64,000 nt of DNA, from assembly GCA_905210485.1 (NCBI GenBank), contig CAJLXA010000002.1:4168-68167 (forward strand). The letters are read 5' to 3'. This stretch comes from an uncultured Eubacteriales bacterium (GTDB lineage Bacteria > Bacillota > Clostridia > Oscillospirales > CAG-272). This document shows positions 46,401-54,659 of this stretch, one piece after another; positions within the stretch are counted from its first letter, which is position 1; the number at the start of each line of letters is the position of its first letter. Both the position numbers and the translations under genes were made by a program. Under the pieces are notes generated by a model. That model ran no database searches, was not told the origin of the DNA, and saw only the letters and a program-made list of their open reading frames with translations.

Positions 46401-46899
46401 TTTCCGGCAAATTGTCTTTGCCGAAAAAATGAATGTGCGTATCGTCGAGAATTCCGAGAGGTGTATAATCAAAACGGCCGTCGATCAACTTCAGAAGAAC
46501 ATCTCCGTGCGCAAGATTCGGAACCGAAAACAGCACTTTCCCGTCCTTTTTCAAAAAAGCCGCCGCGTCGCGAAGGGCATTATGCGGAAAACGGAGATGT
46601 TCAAGAACATCTCCGAAAATAATACTGTCAAATCTCATGTCCTTGACGGCTTCTTTCCATTCTCCCGACTCAATATCGCACAATACGGGCAAAGAGAGAT
46701 AAGGTGACGCCTGTTTCAGCGCTTCTTCACTGATTTCCACGCCGACAACGGAACAGTTTTTTTCTTCTTTCAGATAGCGCGACAGCAGTCCTGTAGCGCA
46801 TCCGAATTCAAGAATATGTTCACCAGAGTTTACATGATTAGCGATAATTCCATGTGATGAATTGTCGCCGAAGCCAATGGCCACCGAATATTTGAACAT
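43462..46899 (-). CDS. 1145-aa fusion of SAM-methyltransferase, unknown domain, coiled coil, basic amphipathic segment, GT2 and GT2
   Basis: MT motif ILEFGCATGLLS plus IIFGDVLEHL (aa ~25-175). Heptad-rich E/K region aa ~362-538. GT2-1 FSVIVPLYNT...LLDHDD. GT2-2 VSVMIPMKD...FLNNDT. Confidence 0.8.
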   Translation of the reverse strand: MFKYSVAIGFGDNSSHGIIANHVNSGEHILEFGCATGLLSRYLKEEKNCSVVGVEISEEALKQASPYLSLPVLCDIESGEWKEAVKDMRFDSIIFGDVLEHLRFPHNALRDAAAFLKKDGKVLFSVPNLAHGDVLLKLIDGRFDYTPLGILDDTHIHFFGKDNLPEICAEAGLFLAELTGTMVPMGSTEQKSEASSADLAFIKNKPYSHIYQFVGVAYRMDYAHEKGMVRNERLPVYSGVNRVFFDTGEGLCDKNAITFTCENPLKIHKEFPLPPHTVHLRLDPCDEGTFYYKNVHFRTDSGDLSPTAIDHAAPYADGYIATERYPQFTFRIPDGATFFGVQAELVPISAAPSFVDEIISGENREKSKLAQATERLLQEEAEIETLKTEEDRLRRLNGHISEDMTDLKKTITWLQSELCDRDHILISSQKAYFDNLKEKEKIIDEKSRALSESENNTAQLKEKSEKDAQAYQELMSAFKEKSEAHETLRATCNEQRETIAMLRAEYAGEKEEFALFRRKSEEENAALRQSLNEKSVAYDTISNAAFWKITKPFRMLGDFLKKIPPVRIFGKFLRSIRRNGPGITFRKIKTRLFPRKSVFPTKKELALQRKTVFTNSVKFSVIVPLYNTNKKYLCEMIESVLRQTYANFELCLADGSDAAHAYVEEIVKTYAARDARVQYRRLEKNGGISENTNACAAMASGDYIALLDHDDLLSSEALYQNAVFIQNTGADVLYSDEDHLSPAGKHINPFYKPDFSPDLLCSQMYICHLSVIRRSLFLSVGGFRPAFDGSQDYDLMLRLSECTRNIVHIPKILYTWRECPGSTAADPTAKPYAHTAGKRALDEHLHRVSGDGAHAEDTAYTFVYDARYPLPDPAPRVSVMIPMKDKSALTDACVQSILEKTDYPDYEVIILDNRSVEEETQNWFRKITEQNPRVRVIAADMEFNWSKINNFGICNATGDVFIFLNNDTVVISGDWMTRLAENVIRPGIGVAGPLLLYPDGTIQHAGVVVGFGGWADHVFKGQPPVHYGAPFVSPMVARNVLAVTGACLAVSRKTIEDIGEFDESFIICGSDIELCLRAYEKGYYNKYEPAVRLYHYESKSRKPDDIPEVDFRRSYAVYTPYRENGDPFYNRNLDLSSTTPKEAKR

Positions 46900-46901
46900 A
46901 G

Positions 46902-47642
46902 TTATCTCCGACTCTGTTTATAAAGATTGCAGACGGGTTCGGTATCGCCGATCATGCGGACGCGCCCATGTTCAAGCCACACAACGCGTTGGCACAAGCG
47001 CTCCACCTGTTCGATACTGTGAGAGACAAAAAGCACCGTCGTGCCGCCGCTCATAAGTTCCGCAATACGTTTTTCGCACTTCTGCTGGAAGAGGAAGTCC
47101 CCCACAGCCAGAATTTCGTCCACGATCAGAATATCGGGTTTTACGATAGTGGCGATTGAGAAACCGAGACGCGCCACCATACCGGAAGAAAAGTTTTTGA
47201 TAGCCACATTTTCAAACGGCCGGAGTTCCGCAAAATCAAGGATCTCGTCATACTTCGATCTCACAAAGTTGCGGTCGAATCCGAGAACGGAACCGTTGAG
47301 ATATATGTTTTCACGCGTTGTCAGTTCAAAGTCAAATCCGGCGCCGAGTTCTATCAGCGGAGAGATCACGCCGTCTGTCGTCACGCGGCCGGCGCTCGGC
47401 TCAAGGATACCGGAAATCACTTTGAGAAGCGTACTTTTTCCTGAGCCGTTGAGGCCGATAAATCCTACGACTTCACCTTTTTTCACTTCAAAGGAAACGT
47501 CGGATAATGCGGTAAATTCGTCGAAGCGTAATTGATGCTTCAGGAATTTGATCACATATTCTTTCATGTTGTCGACTTTTTCTTTCGGCATGTTGAAATT
47601 CATGGTCACATGGTCGACAGCCACAGCAATATCCTGATTCAA
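46902..47642 (-). CDS. polysaccharide ABC exporter ATP-binding protein (Wzt/TagH-like, no C-terminal carbohydrate-binding extension)
   Basis: Walker [10 protein letters not shown], signature [12 protein letters not shown], Walker [13 protein letters not shown]. 246 aa. Confidence 0.85.
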   Translation of the reverse strand: MNQDIAVAVDHVTMNFNMPKEKVDNMKEYVIKFLKHQLRFDEFTALSDVSFEVKKGEVVGFIGLNGSGKSTLLKVISGILEPSAGRVTTDGVISPLIELGAGFDFELTTRENIYLNGSVLGFDRNFVRSKYDEILDFAELRPFENVAIKNFSSGMVARLGFSIATIVKPDILIVDEILAVGDFLFQQKCEKRIAELMSGGTTVLFVSHSIEQVERLCQRVVWLEHGRVRMIGDTEPVCNLYKQSRR

Positions 47643-47662
47643 GATACGGTCTCCTTCTATTA

Positions 47663-48949
47663 TTAAATGTAAAAGATGAATTTATTCTGGTTCTTGCGGA
47701 AAATCAACATGCCTCCGAAAAGCGCGATCAGGGCATAGCCAAGGCATATGATGTGTTCCGTCGCCGTCGGAAGATTTCCGTATATCATCACGTTACGGAA
47801 CATCTCAACAAAATGATAGAGCGGGTTCACGCGCACGATCGCCTGCATCCATCCGGGCAGAATGTCCATCGGATAAATAATCGGCGTGAGATACATCCAT
47901 ACCGTAATCAATACGCTGTAAAGATGCCCGACGTCCCGGAAAAACGTATTGAGCGTTGCCAGAACCAGACCGAGACCGAGACTGAAAATAAACGTATATA
48001 TCAGCGGTATCGGGAACATGAGCATGGTTGCATGCGGCGTAACGCCGATAATGAGAAATACGATCACCACCGCGATCAGAGAAAACAGCATGTTCACAAA
48101 GGAAAACAGGCACTTTTCAAGCGGGAAAATGATTTTCGGTATATATACTTTTTTGATAAGGCCGGCCGCACCGAGAATGGACGTCATCGAAAAGTTCGTA
48201 GCCTCGGTAACAAAATTGAAAATCACATAGCCGGTCAGGTAATAAACGGGGAAATCCTGAATCTGAAACTTGAAAATGTTGGAGAACACCGCGGTCAGAA
48301 CAAGCATCATAAGAAGCGGATTCAGAACGCTCCACAAAATGCCGAGAACCGAGCGACGGTATTTTGTTTTGATGTCGCTGGAGACCAGGTCGCCGATGAG
48401 AAACCGATAACGCCTGATGCCACGCAACTCTTTTTTGATAGCGGACGGCTCCTGCAGAAGATCCAGAGCGAGAAGAATCACCACGAGCGTCCCGAAAAAG
48501 ATCAGAATGAACATGAGGTAATTCAGATTGATAGTATGCGGATTTACCGCGAACGAGGCCGGTGCCGTACCGGGTGTTTCGCCGTTTTCCGTTCCGCGCA
48601 CCGCGATACCGCAGGTGTCGCGCTGCACACGGATATAATAGTTGCCGTTTTTGCGGATAACAGGAACGTCCACGGACTTTTCCTCCGTGAAGACATCGCC
48701 GGGTTCGTCAGCGAAATATACGCGGACAGCCGTCAGTTCATTCTCGAAATCACCGTACAGAGCCACATTGTTTACATAGGTCTTCTCCGTAAAGAAGACG
48801 CCCTCTCCCGCATTATCCGCTTTCACCGTGGTCCGACGGCTCATGATATTCGAAAGATTGTCCGCGCTGAAAAGCGCAAGACTGAACACTATCGCCAGTA
48901 TCAGAGACAGCAGTACGGCAGAAATATTCCAAAATTTATTCTTTTTCAC
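47663..48949 (-). CDS. ABC-2 polysaccharide exporter permease (Wzm/TagG-like) with ~170-aa N-terminal extension
   Basis: Canonical ABC-2 core from [28 protein letters not shown] onward. It is preceded by a TM segment, a ~110-aa extracytoplasmic segment and a second TM segment. GTG start. Confidence 0.8.
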   Translation of the reverse strand: MKKNKFWNISAVLLSLILAIVFSLALFSADNLSNIMSRRTTVKADNAGEGVFFTEKTYVNNVALYGDFENELTAVRVYFADEPGDVFTEEKSVDVPVIRKNGNYYIRVQRDTCGIAVRGTENGETPGTAPASFAVNPHTINLNYLMFILIFFGTLVVILLALDLLQEPSAIKKELRGIRRYRFLIGDLVSSDIKTKYRRSVLGILWSVLNPLLMMLVLTAVFSNIFKFQIQDFPVYYLTGYVIFNFVTEATNFSMTSILGAAGLIKKVYIPKIIFPLEKCLFSFVNMLFSLIAVVIVFLIIGVTPHATMLMFPIPLIYTFIFSLGLGLVLATLNTFFRDVGHLYSVLITVWMYLTPIIYPMDILPGWMQAIVRVNPLYHFVEMFRNVMIYGNLPTATEHIICLGYALIALFGGMLIFRKNQNKFIFYI

Positions 48950-48960
48950 AATGTATACCT

Positions 48961-49536
48961 TTAAAATGCAAATCCAAGTTCCGAAAAACGAAGATTCTTT
49001 TTATCCTTTTCGCTGAGAAGAACTTCCACGCCGTCGGGAATAGGCCATTTTACACCGATGTCGGGATCGTTGTACAAAAGTCCTCCTTCGCTTGCCGGAT
49101 CATAATAACGTGTGCATTTATATACAAACGTTGCCGTTTCCGAATTCACAAAAAATCCGTGCGCAAATCCTTCGGGAATGTAGAACTGCTTTTTGTTTTC
49201 CGCGCTGAGAAGCACGCCGTACCACTTGCCGTAGGTGCGGCTGTTCTTACGCAGATCGACCGCCACGTCATACACTTCCCCGCGCGTCACACGGACAAGT
49301 TTGCCCTGCGGATTGGCCTTCTGAAAATGCAGACCGCGCAAAACGCCCCTGCGGGAGGAGGATTCGTTATCCTGCACGAATGTGGCGGGTGTGCCGTCAA
49401 GATGCTTGATATACGGAGCAAACTCCTCGTTATAAGTTTCCATAAAATAACCGCGCGCGTCACCGTATACCGTCGGTTCGATTACATAGAGATCGGGAAT
49501 ACCCGTTTCCGTAAATTTGAATTTTCCCATTATCAT
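48961..49536 (-). CDS. rfbC: dTDP-4-dehydrorhamnose 3,5-epimerase
   Basis: Cupin RmlC sequence (FTETGIPDLYVIEPTVYGDARGYFMETY, RGLHFQ). Confidence 0.9.
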   Translation of the reverse strand: MIMGKFKFTETGIPDLYVIEPTVYGDARGYFMETYNEEFAPYIKHLDGTPATFVQDNESSSRRGVLRGLHFQKANPQGKLVRVTRGEVYDVAVDLRKNSRTYGKWYGVLLSAENKKQFYIPEGFAHGFFVNSETATFVYKCTRYYDPASEGGLLYNDPDIGVKWPIPDGVEVLLSEKDKKNLRFSELGFAF

Positions 49537-50564
49537 TTCTCCTGCAGGCGGTCGCCGTACATTTTTTCATAATAGTTTTTGTAGTCGCCGCTGATGATGT
49601 TTTCCCACCATGCGCGATTATCGAGATACCAGCGGATCGTCTTTTTAATGCCGTCGCGGAACATGGTTTCGGGAAGCCAGCCGAGTTCGTTATGAATCTT
49701 TGTCGGGTCAATGGCATAGCGTCTGTCGTGGCCGGCGCGATCCTTGACATAGGTAATCAGGTCTTCGCTCTTGCCGAGTTCCTTCAGAATGATCTTCACA
49801 ATGTCGATGTTCTTCATTTCGTTATGGCCGCCGATATTGTATACCTCACCGACGCGTCCCTTACGGATAATAAGATCGATCGCACGGCAATGATCTTCAA
49901 CATACAGCCAGTCGCGCACATTGTCGCCCTTGCCGTAAACCGGAAGCGGTTTGTCGTAAAGCGCATTGGCAATCATCAGGGGGATCAGTTTTTCCGGGAA
50001 ATGATAAGGTCCGTAGTTATTCGAGCAACGGGAAATGGTCACGGGGAGACCGAACGTGCGGTGATAAGCCATTACCAGAAGATCGGCGGAAGCCTTGGAC
50101 GCGGAATAAGGGCTGGACGTATGGATCGGTGTGGTTTCGGTAAAGAAAAGGTCGGGACGGTCGAGCGGAAGGTCGCCGTATACCTCGTCGGTCGAAACCT
50201 GATGGTACCGCTGAATACCGTACTTACGGCAGGCGTCCATCATCACGGCGGTACCCATGATATTGGTGTTCAGAAAAACGCCGGGGTTTTCGATCGAACG
50301 GTCAACATGGCTTTCCGCCGCAAAATTGACGACAATATCGGGGTGCTCCTCTTCAAACACGCGGTAAACCGCCTCGCGGTCGGTAATATCCACCTTGCAG
50401 AAGCGGAAATTCGGATTGTCCATCACAGGGGCAAGCGTTTCCATATTGCCCGCATACGTCAGACAGTCAAGGCAGATGATGCGGTCTTCGGGATGCGTTT
50501 TCAGCATATAGTGAACAAAATTTCCGCCGATGAAGCCAGCGCCGCCGGTAACGATAATTTTCAT
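49533..50564 (-). CDS. rfbB: dTDP-glucose 4,6-dehydratase
   Basis: MKIIVTGGAGFIGGNF, YSASKASAD catalytic motif. Confidence 0.9.
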   Translation of the reverse strand: MKIIVTGGAGFIGGNFVHYMLKTHPEDRIICLDCLTYAGNMETLAPVMDNPNFRFCKVDITDREAVYRVFEEEHPDIVVNFAAESHVDRSIENPGVFLNTNIMGTAVMMDACRKYGIQRYHQVSTDEVYGDLPLDRPDLFFTETTPIHTSSPYSASKASADLLVMAYHRTFGLPVTISRCSNNYGPYHFPEKLIPLMIANALYDKPLPVYGKGDNVRDWLYVEDHCRAIDLIIRKGRVGEVYNIGGHNEMKNIDIVKIILKELGKSEDLITYVKDRAGHDRRYAIDPTKIHNELGWLPETMFRDGIKKTIRWYLDNRAWWENIISGDYKNYYEKMYGDRLQEK

Positions 50565-50597
50565 AAAAAGTCCTCTTTTAAAATATATTTTCAGGTC

Positions 50598-51479
50598 TTA
50601 TTCTTTGTAATTCCGCATAAACGCGGCGAGTGCCTCTTCCCACGGACGGAATTCGTCGCCCACCGTCACCCGGAACATCAGGTTGTCCAGCGACGAATAA
50701 GCGGGGCGGCGCGCAGGCGTCGGATATTCCGCCGTCGTGCAGGGAGATACCGTGGCCGCAATGCCTGCAAGTTCCACGATTTTTTCGGTAAATTCAAACC
50801 ACGAACATTCGCCGTTGCCCGTGCCGTGATATACGCCGTATTCTTCCGTGGTAAGAAGTTTTAAAATATGGTGAGCGAGATCGGCCGCATTGGTCGGGTT
50901 GCCCCGCTGATCGGATACCACACGGCAGGCGCCCTTTTCCCGCGCAATCTTCATCATGGTTTTGACGAAGTTATTGCCGTAATAGCCGTAAAGCCACGCC
51001 GTACGGACAATGAAATAACGACTGCAGAATTCACGGACATAACATTCGCCGAGATACTTCGACGCCCCGTATACGCTCTGCGGACCGCATATGTCCCATT
51101 CCGTATACGGCTTGTCGCCGTTACCGGGAAATACGTAGTCGGTCGACACATGGATCAGTTTCGCGCCGATCTTCTGCGCGGAAACGGCAAGATTGCGCGG
51201 CCCCAGCGCATTGGCGCGCATAGCCGTCTCCCTCTCGCTTTCGCACTTGTTGACGTTGGTGAAAGCGGCGCAGTTGATCACCGCGTCATATTTTTCGCGC
51301 GTAAACAGCGCGTCCACCGCTTCGGCGTCCGCAATATCCAGTTCATCAATGTCGATCGGACGGACAATGTTTTTCTGCAACAATACGGGCGGACGCCCGA
51401 TTTCGGTTTCTCCGCGTTCAAAGCACCTGACGAGCTCAGTGCCGAGCTGTCCTTTTCCCCCGGTGATCAGTATTTTCAT
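50598..51479 (-). CDS. rfbD: dTDP-4-dehydrorhamnose reductase
   Basis: [22 protein letters not shown] motif. Confidence 0.9.
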   Translation of the reverse strand: MKILITGGKGQLGTELVRCFERGETEIGRPPVLLQKNIVRPIDIDELDIADAEAVDALFTREKYDAVINCAAFTNVNKCESERETAMRANALGPRNLAVSAQKIGAKLIHVSTDYVFPGNGDKPYTEWDICGPQSVYGASKYLGECYVREFCSRYFIVRTAWLYGYYGNNFVKTMMKIAREKGACRVVSDQRGNPTNAADLAHHILKLLTTEEYGVYHGTGNGECSWFEFTEKIVELAGIAATVSPCTTAEYPTPARRPAYSSLDNLMFRVTVGDEFRPWEEALAAFMRNYKE

Positions 51480-52372
51480 CAGTATCGGATCTTCCCTTCC
51501 GCGACAGCGCGCAAATGTTTACCGTAATCGGATTTTCCGTAAGAAACAGCGGATTCCATGAGTTTTTCGCGCGTGACCCAACCGTTTTTATAAGCGATCT
51601 CTTCAATGGCGGAGATCTGCACGCCCTGCCGCTTTTCTACCATACGGACAAATTCTGCCGCTTCGAGGAGGCTGTCCATCGTACCGGTATCCAGCCATGC
51701 AAAACCGCGGCCGAGAAGCTGCACATCAAGTTTTCCTTCTTCAAGATACAGGTTGTTCAGCGTGGTGATCTCCAGTTCGCCGCGCGCCGACGGCTTTACC
51801 TTTTTCGCCATGGCGGATACGCGGTTATCGTAAAAATAAAGTCCCGTTACGGCATAGTTGGACTTGGCTTCCTCACGCGGCGGCTTTTCCACAATGGAAA
51901 CGGCCTTTCCCGCGTCATCGAATTCCACAACGCCGAAGCGTTCGGGATCTTCCACATAATAGCCGAACACACTGCAACGGCCGTTTTTCTCCGCGTTTTC
52001 GGCCGCGTCACGCAAAATACGGGAAAACTTATTCCCATAAAAAATATTGTCGCCGAGAACCATGGCACAGCAATCGTCGCCGATAAAATCTTCGCCGATC
52101 AGAAAAGCCTGAGCCAATCCGTCGGGAGACGGCTGTTCCTTATACGACAGGTGAATACCGAAATTCGAGCCGTCGCCGAGCAGTTTTTCAAAGTTCGGCA
52201 GGTCGCGCGGCGTGGAAATGATGAGTATATCGCGGATTCCCGCCAACATCAGCGTGGAAAGCGGATAATAAATCATCGGTTTGTCGTAGATCGGCAGAAG
52301 CTGCTTCGACGTAATGGTGGTCAGAGGGTAAAGACGGGTGCCGGAACCGCCGGCGAGAATAATGCCTTTCAT
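51479..52372 (-). CDS. rfbA: glucose-1-phosphate thymidylyltransferase
   Basis: [18 protein letters not shown]. Confidence 0.9.
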   Translation of the reverse strand: MKGIILAGGSGTRLYPLTTITSKQLLPIYDKPMIYYPLSTLMLAGIRDILIISTPRDLPNFEKLLGDGSNFGIHLSYKEQPSPDGLAQAFLIGEDFIGDDCCAMVLGDNIFYGNKFSRILRDAAENAEKNGRCSVFGYYVEDPERFGVVEFDDAGKAVSIVEKPPREEAKSNYAVTGLYFYDNRVSAMAKKVKPSARGELEITTLNNLYLEEGKLDVQLLGRGFAWLDTGTMDSLLEAAEFVRMVEKRQGVQISAIEEIAYKNGWVTREKLMESAVSYGKSDYGKHLRAVAEGKIRY

Positions 52373-52401
52373 GGAGTTCTCCTTTATCTTAAGTCTTTCG
52401 A

Positions 52402-53337
52402 TTATAAGTCTTTCGGTAGGGATTTGATTTTGTATTTGCCGATAAGATACATGCCGCGGAAAATCAGGTTTTCCGCAAGAGACTGACGGTAGGCCTTTGC
52501 GGAAAACACATACCCTAACCGGGTGAAGAAGTTTTTCCCGCAGAAAAAGAAGCGGCGCGCTTCGTCAAGGTACTCGCTTTTCATCACATCACGGTAATGC
52601 GTTACCAGAGACAAAAGCTGCCGCACCCCTTTTTTCGGAGCGTCGGTCTTCATACGCTTCAGCCGCGTGCCGAGATTGCGGAAGAATCCGTTCCGATAAC
52701 CGATGACGTTCCCGCCGTGCTGACGGTAAAGCGTTGTCGGCGTCGCGTCAAAAATCACGCGCCCCGTTGCCGAGGCAAGCATGTAAACAAAGAAATCGGG
52801 CACCAATATGTTTTCGCACTTTTCACGGCGCAAAAGCGCCATCAAAGCATGGTTCGCCACCTGCGTATGGCCGGGGCAGACATTCTGCACCATGGCATTG
52901 TAAAAAAGCGGCGGTTTTTTCGGCGTCATTGTCTGTCCGATGGCATGAAGTTCTGCGTCCACAAGGTAAGAAAGCGCAGCATACAAAAGCGGCGCGGTAT
53001 TGTCGCCGCGATCAAGCGCTTCCACGGCGCGGGACAGTTTGTCCGGCAACCATACGTCGTCCTGATCGCTGAAAGCAAAGTAATCGCAGGACATATCGGC
53101 CATGGAAAAAAGCGCGGTCATGGAATCGACAAATCCGATATTATCGCCGAACACCAAAGAAAAACCGTGCCTGTCCCGATACTCTTCAAGAATTTCCCGC
53201 GTGCCGTCCGTCGAACCGTCATCACGGATCAGAACGGATATGTCGCCGGCATTTTCCAATGCAAGAAAACTGTCCAACTGAGGGCGCAGATATTTTTCCC
53301 CGTTATAGGTGGAAAGAAGAATCTGAACGCGTGGCAA
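52402..53337 (-). CDS. family-2 glycosyltransferase; possible WbbL-like adaptor rhamnosyltransferase
   Basis: [20 protein letters not shown]...DDGSTDGT...SDQDD. First gene after the operon promoter. Confidence 0.7.
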   Translation of the reverse strand: MPRVQILLSTYNGEKYLRPQLDSFLALENAGDISVLIRDDGSTDGTREILEEYRDRHGFSLVFGDNIGFVDSMTALFSMADMSCDYFAFSDQDDVWLPDKLSRAVEALDRGDNTAPLLYAALSYLVDAELHAIGQTMTPKKPPLFYNAMVQNVCPGHTQVANHALMALLRREKCENILVPDFFVYMLASATGRVIFDATPTTLYRQHGGNVIGYRNGFFRNLGTRLKRMKTDAPKKGVRQLLSLVTHYRDVMKSEYLDEARRFFFCGKNFFTRLGYVFSAKAYRQSLAENLIFRGMYLIGKYKIKSLPKDL

Positions 53338-53397
53338 GAATAGCCTCCCAAAAACGGGCGATATACGCGCACGCGCGCAACGCCGTGATTCTTTATA

Positions 53398-53426
53398 ATC
53401 ATATCACACGCGGGCGTATTTGTCAA
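53398..53426 (-). promoter_or_regulatory. sigma-A promoter of the ~11-kb rhamnose-polysaccharide operon
   Basis: On the minus strand: TTGACA (53421-53426), 17 nt, TATGAT (53398-53403). Confidence 0.65.
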
Positions 53427-53586
53427 TACATTCTTGTTTTTCCACGGGAATCCTGCTGAAATTTCAGAAAAAAAGGGGGGGATACCGCCGGCATACGTTC
53501 GTATCCGCTTTGCCGTAAAGCGCGCCACATTTATCGTTTCGTCTCTGAAATACGATTAAAATGTAAATTACAGGTCACATTTTCAT

Positions 53587-54537
53587 TCATATCAAGAGAA
53601 TTGACGTAACAGCGCATATCGCCGGAAGCAATAGAAGCGCCACGGTCTCCGGCACGGAAAGACCGGCGTCGCATAAAAGATAATGCAGATGTCCGCGGTC
53701 GGCGGAAAAAGGCGACCGATGTTCCGTAATACGTCTTACTATCGACAGAAAAACATCGCAAAACGGCACAAAAAACAAGAGTGCGCATGAAAGCAAAAGC
53801 ATAAAAAGCGATCCGCCCGCCGCGCTTCCGGCAGAAGCCGGAACGGCGCTGTCCGAAACGGTTGCCATGGCCAGATACCCCATTGCGTAACCGAGGAACT
53901 GGCTTCCGCAGTCCCCCATAAAAAGGAATGCCCGCGGCGCATTGTACGGCAGAAATCCCACTACCGAAGCGCACAATATGACGGCAACCGCGGCCGGCCA
54001 CGCAACATCGTTTTTTACCGCAAACAAAAAAATACCGCACAGCGTCACAAGGGCGAGCGATCCCGCAAGTCCGTCGATTCCGTCCACGAGATTCTGCGCG
54101 TTGACCGTCAATAACAAAAACGCCGTCGTCGCCACCGTTGCGAAAAACGGGGGAAAATACGGAATACGCACGCCGTATAAAGGCGCGGGAACGCAAAAGA
54201 GAATCTGCAAAAACAATTTTCCTTTTGCCGGCAACGTATACATATCGTCAAGAAATCCGCACATAGCGGCCGCCGCTCCGCAGAGAAGCAGTATAACGGA
54301 CTTTTCATCGGCAAAAAAACGGTTCAAAAGCAAAATTCCCAACGCGGAGGCCGTAAACATGGCCAGTCCTCCGCCCCGCGCCGTCACCCGCAAGTGACGA
54401 TGCCGTCCCCCGTCCGGCACATCAAGCGCGCCCGCGTGTTCGGAAAAAGTGGCCGCAAGCGGCGAAAGAGCAAAAGCCGCGGCAAATGTTGCGAGCATCG
54501 GCAAAAACGCCCGTGACAAGATATAAGAAAAAGGCAT
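53587..54537 (-). CDS. polyprenyl-phosphate HexNAc-1-phosphate transferase (WecA/TagO, GT4/MraY family)
   Basis: DDMYTLPAKGKL and NAQNLVDGIDGLAG motifs. Multi-TM. ATG (MPFSYIL) 7 nt after GGAG. The ORF-track start at 54564 is rejected. Confidence 0.85.
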   Translation of the reverse strand: MPFSYILSRAFLPMLATFAAAFALSPLAATFSEHAGALDVPDGGRHRHLRVTARGGGLAMFTASALGILLLNRFFADEKSVILLLCGAAAAMCGFLDDMYTLPAKGKLFLQILFCVPAPLYGVRIPYFPPFFATVATTAFLLLTVNAQNLVDGIDGLAGSLALVTLCGIFLFAVKNDVAWPAAVAVILCASVVGFLPYNAPRAFLFMGDCGSQFLGYAMGYLAMATVSDSAVPASAGSAAGGSLFMLLLSCALLFFVPFCDVFLSIVRRITEHRSPFSADRGHLHYLLCDAGLSVPETVALLLLPAICAVTSILLI

Positions 54538-54572
54538 ACGTATTCTCCTTTCGGATATGTACATATACCTTT

Positions 54573-54599
54573 TTATCGGAATCTGCCTTATCGGAATCT
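54573..54599. repeat. two perfect 12-nt direct repeats (15-nt period) upstream of the WecA-like gene
   Basis: TTATCGGAATCT at 54573-54584 and again at 54588-54599. An adjacent 12-bp palindrome ATATGTACATAT lies at 54555-54566. Confidence 0.5.
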
Positions 54600-54659
54600 A
54601 CAAAGAAAAACCGTTCGGTATCCGTCTCTGCCGCCGTCGCTTTTCATTCCGGCCGTATT

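Noticed and set aside
53468-53481. An A7G7 homopolymer pair between the WecA-like gene and the operon promoter, considered as a phase-variation site.
   Set aside because: On the minus strand it reads C7T7 directly after a GGATAC...GTATCC hairpin downstream of the WecA-like stop. The T7 is more simply the U-tract of that gene's terminator. It lies about 42 nt or more upstream of the -35, so length changes would not alter promoter spacing.
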